Positions 56,722 to 64,000 of a stretch of DNA of 64,000 bases are shown here, piece after piece. The notes under the pieces are model-generated. The model was not told where the DNA came from. It saw nothing but the letters and a program-made list of their open reading frames with translations, and did not search any database. How positions within the stretch are numbered: position 1 is the stretch's first letter; each line of letters starts with the position of its first letter. This DNA comes from Eledone cirrhosa (lineage: Eukaryota): assembly GCA_964016885.1 (NCBI GenBank), contig OZ024742.1:366358001-366422000 (forward strand), written 5' to 3'. The position numbers and the translations under genes were made by a program.

Positions 56722-57180
56722 TAGCATAGTGATTAAGGTGTTCGAATCATGGTCGTAAACTAGTGAGTTGTTGAGGCACGTGTCCTAGGGGTAATGATGT
56801 TGGACTTACGATCATAATGTGATGGGTTTCATTCCTGAACTGGGTTGTGTGTTGTGTTCAAAATACTTCATTACAGGTTGTTCCAGTACACTCAGCTAAA
56901 ACTGAGTACCAGCACTAGCTGGGGGATTAACCCTGTGATGGACTGGCGTCTTGTCCAGGACGTATTTTGTACTTTCAGTTGTTTCACGCCATGAGATAAG
57001 CACTGGCCTGAAGAACCTCCTGCCTTGAGACAGACTTTCTGTAATTCAAAGGAACAGCCCTGTCACGTGGTATCAGGCTGAAACTTCATACAAACTATGT
57101 TAATGGTACACGTGTCTGTGAAATTCTCAATCATCTGCACGGTAACTTCGTGAGCAGGTTATTACTGAATCAACGGAGGT
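56722..57180 (+). mobile_element. SINE family B-related copy with duplicated head and an extra central block
   Basis: Two tRNA-like heads (56722-56770 and 56775-56840), 'ccagtacactcagct...gagtacc', central 'aaccctgtgatggactggcgtcttgtccagg' and 3' 'ggtacacgtgtctgtg' shared with 55147-55460. Confidence 0.65.
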
Positions 57181-57195
57181 AGAAGATATATATAT

Positions 57196-57230
<35 letters not shown>

Positions 57231-57540
57231 ATGTAGGAGGTGAGTTTTATTGTAGTACAATAAAGCAATGCAGATATCGGATAAGAAGCACTCTACAGTT
57301 TGTGGGACTGGAGTATGCATAATATAAGATCAAAAGATGGTTAAAGGAGTTCCATATATTTTATTATGCGCATTTCAAAAATGTTGATTTAAAACTGCAC
57401 TATTCACAAGTGTTTTTTAGCCTTCATATCATGTTCTCCTGTTTTATCTGATGAAAACACAAATATTATTGCTTGATGATGTTTGTTTTTGAAATGCGCA
57501 TAATAAAATATATGGAACTCCTTTAACCATCTTTTGATCT

Positions 57541-57548
<8 letters not shown>
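57231..57548. mobile_element. Short fold-back, hammerhead-bearing PLE pLTR-like insertion in (TA)n
   Basis: Perfect ~62-bp inverted repeat (57319-57380 / 57487-57548). 57231-57380 is the reverse complement of 60213-60360, and 57400-57548 is a direct homologue of 60125-60275. TA tracts on both sides. Confidence 0.8.
57442..57508 (+). ncRNA. Type I hammerhead ribozyme (minimal stem III)
   Basis: ttttat-CUGAUGA-[stem II hairpin acaaatattatt/gatgatgtttgt]-GAAA-ugcgca(palindrome)-UA-ataaaa. Stem I is ttttat/ataaaa. Confidence 0.8.
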
Positions 57549-57580
<32 letters not shown>

Positions 57581-57726
57581 ATACTTTGGTAGGGTCATGT
57601 TTCCAATAAGAAACACACGCACCAGTTGCTTTCACTTCAATTTATTATAATAAATTTATAAATTTAGGAATTTATAAATTTCCGGTTGGTTGGTAGGTTC
57701 CACAACCAGATGGTTGTTTATATATT

Positions 57727-57769
57727 GTCAAAGTTCTTTCGTCACACAATCTGTGACCTCTTCAGTGAC
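57727..57769 (-). ncRNA. Minimal type I hammerhead ribozyme in the PLE 3' pLTR (slightly degenerate)
   Basis: Minus strand: gtca-CUGAAGA-g-gtcaca(gattg)tgtgac-GAAA-gaac-UU-tgac. Stem I is gtca/tgac. One unpaired G at the base of stem II and a non-palindromic loop III. Confidence 0.65.
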
Positions 57770-57969
57770 TGGGGATTCTTTTCTTTGTTTTTGTGCCTCT
57801 CCTTTCTTCTGTCCTACGCCATCTTGTTTTTGTGTGTGTGATGTGTGTTTAGTTTGTACATGTCTTACATCCGGGTGTCCGTGTGTGTTTATATTTGTTT
57901 ATTTATTTGTTTATTTACATGTTACTGGTTGGTTGTTTGTTCTATGTGCGTGTGTGTTTTCATTTTGTC

Positions 57970-59170
57970 TTAATTGTAAGTTGTGATGTTGCTGTTCCAT
58001 TCATGTTTTCTATTTAATTTTGTTTGGAGTTCATTTATGTTTATTGCCTCTGTGATTTGTCTAAACATTGCGTCTTTTCTGCGTGTAGATTCTATTTTTA
58101 TTTCTATGTTCTCTAATTTACCCTTATGTTCTATTTTAGTATGTTGGTAGAGTACAGATGATTCTTTACTATCTTGAAGCTCTCGCCAGTGTTAATTTAT
58201 CCGTTCCCCTATACTACGAACTGTCTCACCTATGTACACTATATTCTTATCTCTACATTGTCCTTCAGTACATCTTATGCTATATACTACATTTCTAGTT
58301 TTACAGTTAATATGGGGGCTTAATATACAGATTATACATTTCTTATCTATACAGGGAGGTCTTTGAAAAGGGTATGAATCGCTAATAAGTGTTTTTATGG
58401 AGGTACCAGGTCTTTCTACTATTTTAATAATGAGTTTATGTTTATCTAGGGCCCTTCTAAATTTGTAAGCTAATTCACCTCTAGGGGTTGTATCGATGAA
58501 CATTACACTCTTGTATTTATTGCTATCATGCCATGAGTTTATTCTATTAACCTTATTCCTAGTTCTTTCTATTCTATTCCAAAATTTGCTCCTATACAAG
58601 GGCAGGTCCCATTTGTATAATTATTTACCATTTTTTCCCATTTGGTTCTGGCTCCTCTATATACTCTGATTTTATCTCTCTGATTGTAACCAGAGAACTG
58701 CATACGGTGGATGATGTGTTGTATGTGTCTCTCTAGTTCTTTCGGGTTGCACATGCGGGACACGTTTCTCATCACCCGTACAAATCCGCAATCAGTATGT
58801 TGATTTTGGTATGGTCCGAAACAGCTGAGTTTCGCTGGATCAGATATTTGGAAGTCATGGGTTTGGCATAATGGGAATGGAGGATTTGTTTTTTGTTATT
58901 AATGGTATCTAACCAGAGTTCTGTGTCTAGTACAGGTATTCGATGGTTGGGGTGTTTGCTTGGGTAGTCTATAATAACACTAATACTCTGGTGGATGGAA
59001 TTAGCTATTTGCTGGATGCTTTCCATTGTGTTTTTCTCTAATTCCTGACTGTTCTCTAGTGGGGGTGTTTTTACTACGATGTTTATATCATCAACGTAGC
59101 GGGAGTACATTATCAGGGTTAAGGGGTTTTTCTCGCATATTTCAGTACATTCTACAAAGTTCTTAAACAT
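57970..59170 (-). pseudogene. PLE reverse transcriptase/thumb + GIY-YIG endonuclease, disrupted
   Basis: RT motifs 'YSRYVDD', 'IPVLDTEL', 'HYAKPMTS', 'SGY'. Linker 'CIDKKCIIC', endonuclease 'NVVYSIRC..C....VYIGET.RSIGER'. After an in-frame TAA at 58192-58194 the frame continues 'HWREL...QH...H...RQITEAINI...LNRKHEW' to TAA at 57970. Frameshifts near 58775 and 58590. Confidence 0.92.
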
Positions 59171-59175
59171 ACTAA

Positions 59176-60356
59176 GACGTTATTTGGTCCTCTACTTTTT
59201 AAATCACTCTAGCAAATTCCTTTATCTACTTGATGATACAAAATATTATTTAGATAGTTCATATTTAATGTTTCTTTATATTATTTTTTCTCATCATTAT
59301 ATTTTTTAAGCCGCTCTTTTTCCCCATTTATCACATCAATTTAAGCTGTATAAACATTCGTTGATTTTGTAAACAAATTATGACGTCATATGTTTTTCTT
59401 TTTTCTACGCTTAAATAATTATAACATTTTCCTTTATTTACTTGTGGATTAATTTAATATTTAAATATTTAAATAGTTTTCCACATATATAATTCCTTTA
59501 TATATAATCTATAAGAATTTTTTTATATATAATCTTTAATTTTTATATATAATCTGTAATTTTTAATAGTAAACTTTTAATTTTTGACATTATCGGTCTA
59601 CCCTTATTTATTTCCTTCTACACATATATACTTTTTCACAGAAATATTTTTTCAATTACACTCTATTTAAACAAACTAGAACATTATATCGTCTTCTACG
59701 CTTATAAATCATTTAATTTTATTTTACTTTATTTTATCTTATTTTATTTTATTTTCACACCTCTTATAAATCTTTTAGTATATAAACCCTAAATAAATAA
59801 TATACCTAGTTTCTATATCTGTAATCATAAACCTCATCAATCATAAACCTCATCAATTTTTTTATTTATTTATTTTGTAGCCGTATATTTATATATTTTT
59901 TTCCAACCGTAATTCACAGCTGTTTTTCAGTTTTGACATCGTTTCCAGTTTAAATGTCTCTCTCTCTCTCCTTTCTCCTTCTCTTTCCTCCTTCCTTCTT
60001 AAATTTTTCCTCCGTTATCTTCTCCTTTTTTTTTTTGTTTTTCCTTTTTTCCTCTTCCTTCCTTTTCTTTTCCAATCTTCTATATCCTTTTATATTTATT
60101 TATCATATGCTGACTGGACACTTCCTTGTTCACAAGTGTTTTTTAGGCATCCTATCATGTTACCTTATTTTATCTGATGAGAACGCAACTATCGTCCCAG
60201 GATGATATTTGCTTTTGAAATGCGCATAATAAAATATATGGAATTTTTTAACCATCTTTTAATTTCTTCTTATATATACTCCACTCCAATGAACTGTTGA
60301 GTGCTACTTATCCGATATATGCATAGTTTTATTGTCCTACGATAAAACTCACCTCC

Positions 60357-60360
<4 letters not shown>
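59176..60360 (+). mobile_element. Non-coding, T-rich PLE-like 3' segment ending in a hammerhead pLTR at (TA)n
   Basis: The last ~240 bp are homologous to 57231-57548 and contain a hammerhead. The upstream ~0.9 kb is very AT/T-rich with no credible ORF, and its membership in the element is inferred. Confidence 0.55.
60166..60236 (+). ncRNA. Type I hammerhead ribozyme (minimal stem III)
   Basis: tattttat-CUGAUGA-[gaacgcaa..tatcgtcc/ggatgata..ttgctttt]-GAAA-ugcgca-UA-ataaaata. 8-bp stem I. Confidence 0.82.

Positions 60361-60439
<79 letters not shown>
60360..60439. repeat. (TA)n microsatellite
   Basis: Seen directly. Other TA tracts at ~56120, 57187-57230, 57541-57575, 61500-61645, 62581-62630, 63620-63651 and 63966-64000. 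Confidence 0.98.
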
Positions 60440-60444
<5 letters not shown>

Positions 60445-60618
60445 TGTTGTTTTTTATGCTAGAGCTGTGAAATCTTGCATGTATAAATGTCAACTATTCT
60501 TATTAATAACTGCATAGTTTCTTTCCAAGGACTATGTTGAAAAATAACCCTCATTTGGTCATTCCATGAGAGTATCTTGGTCAGACTATGAACTATTCAG
60601 CTGACCGTCATATATATA

Positions 60619-60622
<4 letters not shown>

Positions 60623-60663
<41 letters not shown>
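60623..60663. repeat. (TG)n microsatellite
   Basis: Seen directly. Confidence 0.97.
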
Positions 60664-60665
<2 letters not shown>

Positions 60666-61113
60666 CGTAATGTCTCTATCAATGTATAAAAAGTAAAAAA
60701 AAACTACACTTCCCATTGCTGCACCAATATATGTCGTCCTACCGTTTGTTTAATTTAATACAACTAAGTTGCATTAAATAAGATAAACTTTTGTTGAACC
60801 CTTTTTTAACCAAGCAAAGATATGATATGCTGAAATATAACTGAAACAGGCCAGCGTAGCACCCTTCGTCAGATTCGAACACCTACTGACATTTTATCGA
60901 CTATAAGATACTTGCCTGTATTGCGGGAGTGTGTTGTGTAGTGAATCGCTAATTATTAAAAGGAAACATTTCATTCGTAGCTGGGGAAATATCTGAACTT
61001 TCTAAGATATTTTGTTTCGTTTTGGGGGTTCTTTAATTTAATACTTAAATACAATGCTGTTTGTCGCAACCAGAGAGGCCTGCGTCTACACGTAGAGAAA
61101 TTCGTATTTACTG

Positions 61114-61310
61114 TTGGCGGAGGATCGGCAGTATTGTTATGGCTAGGACAACATGCAATGCTGTAGAGAATTACGTCCCTTTACGTTCTTGCTTTTCATC
61201 CTTACGGGATCGATACAGTAAAATACCAGTAACGCTCTGGCATCGACTTAATTGGCTTGCCCCTAACCAAGACATTGTTGGCCTTGGGTCTAAATCAGAA
61301 ACCAATATTT
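61114..61310 (+). mobile_element. SINE family A copy, internally deleted
   Basis: 'ctttacgttct|tgcttttcatccttacgggatcgatac...aaataccag' and tail 'acattgttggccttgggtctaaatcagaaacc' match 50896-51118. Confidence 0.7.
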
Positions 61311-61500
61311 AATGATTTGGCTTCACGTTTGAAACTAAGTATAGGAGGGACACATATTTATACCTGATGTCTAATAAATATAATAAAAGCCGCAAGACAT
61401 TTCGTCAGGCGCTCTAATGCTGCAAACAATTCACCAGCTGTATATGACGTTGTTTGGTCCAATACATTTCGGTTACTGTTATATTTATATACTCACACGT

Positions 61501-61545
<45 letters not shown>

Positions 61546-61555
61546 GTTCATACAT

Positions 61556-62155
<600 letters not shown>

Positions 62156-62157
<2 letters not shown>

Positions 62158-62576
62158 TTAAAAGTTAAACAAGGTTCATTGAATACATCAAAGAATGAGT
62201 TTTACAATAGATTGGAAGCACTCAATAGTTTAGTTTTGCAGAGTTATTAATATTAATTCAAAATATTTACAAAATAAATATTCTTCTGATCAATTATATT
62301 TTAGTATACATATTTCAGAGATACTGAGTTAAGTTCAACAGTACGTCCTCATAAGATAAAATAAGATGATGCATGACATACTCTGACATAGTAGATGGTT
62401 AAGATTCAATCATGGTAGTCATGACTAAATCTTAAGCATCTACTATGCCAGGGTATGTCATGCATCATCTTATTTTATCTGATGAGGACGTACTGTTGAA
62501 CTTAACTCAGTACCTCTGAAATATGTATAATAAAATATAATTGATCACAAGAATATCTATTTTGTTAATATTTTGA

Positions 62577-62580
<4 letters not shown>
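62156..62580. mobile_element. Palindromic (fold-back) hammerhead-bearing pLTR-like insertion
   Basis: ~160-bp near-perfect inverted arms 62256-62414 / 62420-62578 centred at ~62417. The left arm extends ~100 bp further and shares 'tgagtttta...aagcactc' with 57240-57293. Flanked by CA/TA tracts. Confidence 0.82.
62471..62537 (+). ncRNA. Type I hammerhead ribozyme (mirror copy with CUUAUGA mutation at 62297-62363, minus strand)
   Basis: tattttat-CUGAUGA-[ggacgtactg...cagtacctct]-GAAA-uaugua (likely CpG-decayed uacgua)-UA-ataaaata. Confidence 0.8.
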
Positions 62581-62630
<50 letters not shown>

Positions 62631-62636
<6 letters not shown>

Positions 62637-63132
62637 GTATGGGTTTAGCGAACATTTATTATAATACTGGGTTTGTTTGTAAACAGTGTCAGTGTTGAAC
62701 AAAATAGCAACGATGCTTGCCGAACACTGTACAGCTAATTCGTGGTGTTTGTTTAACACTGCTCAGCCGTTAATATGCATAAGGAAAGTATATACTTTGA
62801 AACGTTCAATCGACTGGCAGAAAGGTATACGGTGCTGATGACAGCTAATAAGCTAGAAACTAGTTCATCGTTTTTTGACAGTGTTGAATAAAATGGCAAC
62901 GATGATTGCCGAACACTGTACGGCTTAATTCCGTATGTTTGTTTACAAACAAACTGAACATTATAATAAATGTTCGGTAAACCCATACGTACATATATAT
63001 ATGTGTGCATGTATGTATCTATATACATACTACTGTATGTCTGTATACATATATGTATGTACGTATACATACTTATATTTAAGTATCAGCCGTACTAAGA
63101 GTGAAAAATGAAATTTCATTTTTTCCATTTAT
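62631..63132 (+). mobile_element. Second, rearranged copy of the retrozyme-like family with an inverted 5' end
   Basis: Inverted repeat 62631-62685 / 62940-62994, internal direct duplication ~62687-62756 / 62876-62946, and homology to 61556-62010 in the opposite orientation. Confidence 0.7.
62830..62870 (+). ncRNA. Minimal type I hammerhead ribozyme (41 nt)
   Basis: cggtg-CUGAUGA-c-agct(aata)agct-a-GAAA-cuag(palindrome)-UU-catcg. Stem I is cggtg/catcg. C-A mismatch at the base of stem II. Confidence 0.78.
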
Positions 63133-63152
63133 ATATATAATATATATATATA

Positions 63153-63441
63153 TGACAAATAAGTATGTTTTGAAACAGTGAGCAGGTTTGAAATTAGAAA
63201 ATATATAGCTTTCACCGTATTTTTATACTCGCTAAGAATGTAATTCTAATTTGAATGGAAGGAGATGGGTGATGTGTTGGTGCAATGGTAGCACAGTGGT
63301 CTGGATAACCAAAGATGTGGGTTCGACTCCCATGTACGTCAATACTCATCTTTTTCCATTTATCTGAGGGTTCTCAACCCCATTATCAGGCTAAAATTTC
63401 TTTAGTCAAAAATACGGTGAAAGCTATTCTATTTTCTAATT
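63153..63441. mobile_element. Fold-back insertion in (TA)n carrying a tRNA-like module
   Basis: Inverted repeat 63191-63223 / 63408-63441 with a longer left arm and TA tracts on both sides. Same layout as 57231-57548. Confidence 0.6.
63271..63341 (+). pseudogene. tRNA-like cloverleaf (pseudo-tRNA / Pol III module), isotype uncertain
   Basis: D arm gtgc-aatggta-gcac, anticodon arm tggt-ctggata-acca, T arm gtggg-ttcgact-cccat, G-U-rich acceptor gatgtgt/gtacgtc. A and B boxes are intact and TTTTT follows at 63351-63355. Confidence 0.7.
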
Positions 63442-63510
63442 ATATATATATATATGTATGTATGCATATATGTATATGTATATATATGTATATGTATATA
63501 TATGTATGTA

Positions 63511-63610
63511 CAGGTTGTCCCAAATATGTATACACACTTCAACAGCATTCTAATAAATATTGCCGGTAACATGTAATCAAATCGTGTATACAATGTTTGG
63601 GGACACCCTG
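63511..63610. mobile_element. Tc1/mariner-like MITE (100 bp)
   Basis: TIRs caggttgtcccaaatatgtatacac / gtgtatacaatgtttggggacaccctg. Preceded by TA and embedded in a TA/TG tract. Confidence 0.7.
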
Positions 63611-63611
63611 G

Positions 63612-63682
<71 letters not shown>

Positions 63683-63962
63683 TGTCTGTGTGTGTATTAG
63701 GGTGGTCCTTAGCAATAGGTAATTTTCCGAAAGTTAAAAGTTTGCTTTTCCCACCCCTAACCTTGTCCCAACAAAACGTGGGATGTGCAACATTTCACCT
63801 CAATCCAACAACTGCTGGGCGACCCCCAAACACCTTCAAGTTGGAACATACTATACACAACAATGAACTCTCTTCAAAAGTGGGACACTGTTCCCTATCT
63901 CGACCATTTTCGTTTTTCTTCTTAGTGACATTTATGTGGACACGGTCAGGCAACCCCAGCAA

Positions 63963-64000
<38 letters not shown>

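Larger units (their letters stand above)
57576..59175 (-). mobile_element. Penelope-like retroelement (EN+, C-terminal GIY-YIG, Cys-rich linker, Neptune-like), 5'-truncated, 3' end at (TA)n
   Basis: RT and GIY-YIG reading frames, ~400-nt 3' pLTR region with a sense-strand hammerhead, and a junction with the TA tract at 57575. Confidence 0.88.

Noticed and set aside
63271-63341. Functional tRNA gene
   Set aside because: Acceptor stem has three G-U pairs, the anticodon stem has a mismatch, position 37 is a pyrimidine, and it lies inside a repeat module; kept only as tRNA-like.
63355-63395. Minus-strand CUGAUAA-hairpin-GAUA as a hammerhead
   Set aside because: Two core mismatches and no stem I partner.
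63697-63965. Possible DNA transposon end ('ttagggtggtcctt...')
   Set aside because: No partner TIR or TSD within the window, so it cannot be supported.

Overview
Eukaryotic (metazoan) genomic DNA. The SINE families and dense (TA)n/(CA)n tracts look octopus/cephalopod-like, which is an inference from remembered repeat consensus, not a search. Bases 1-50840 are one tandem satellite of a 62-bp monomer (~820 copies). It has kilobase-scale higher-order duplications, a hairpin in each monomer, and a more diverged right edge. Bases 50841-64000 are an AT-rich repeat mosaic: tRNA-derived SINEs, a 42-bp minisatellite, hAT- and Tc1/mariner-like MITEs, two candidate host exons on the minus strand, and a 5'-truncated, frameshifted Penelope-like retroelement (RT + C-terminal GIY-YIG). 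The most notable signal is at 57.2-63.4 kb. There are at least five near-intact and two degenerate minimal type I hammerhead ribozymes (CUGANGA...GAAA-short palindrome-UH) from several sequence families. They sit in short non-coding modules that are inserted into TA microsatellites, mostly with fold-back architecture. One family occurs as a ~408-nt circularly permuted monomer (retrozyme-like), and a neighbouring fold-back module carries a tRNA-like cloverleaf instead. All coordinates and folds were read by eye.
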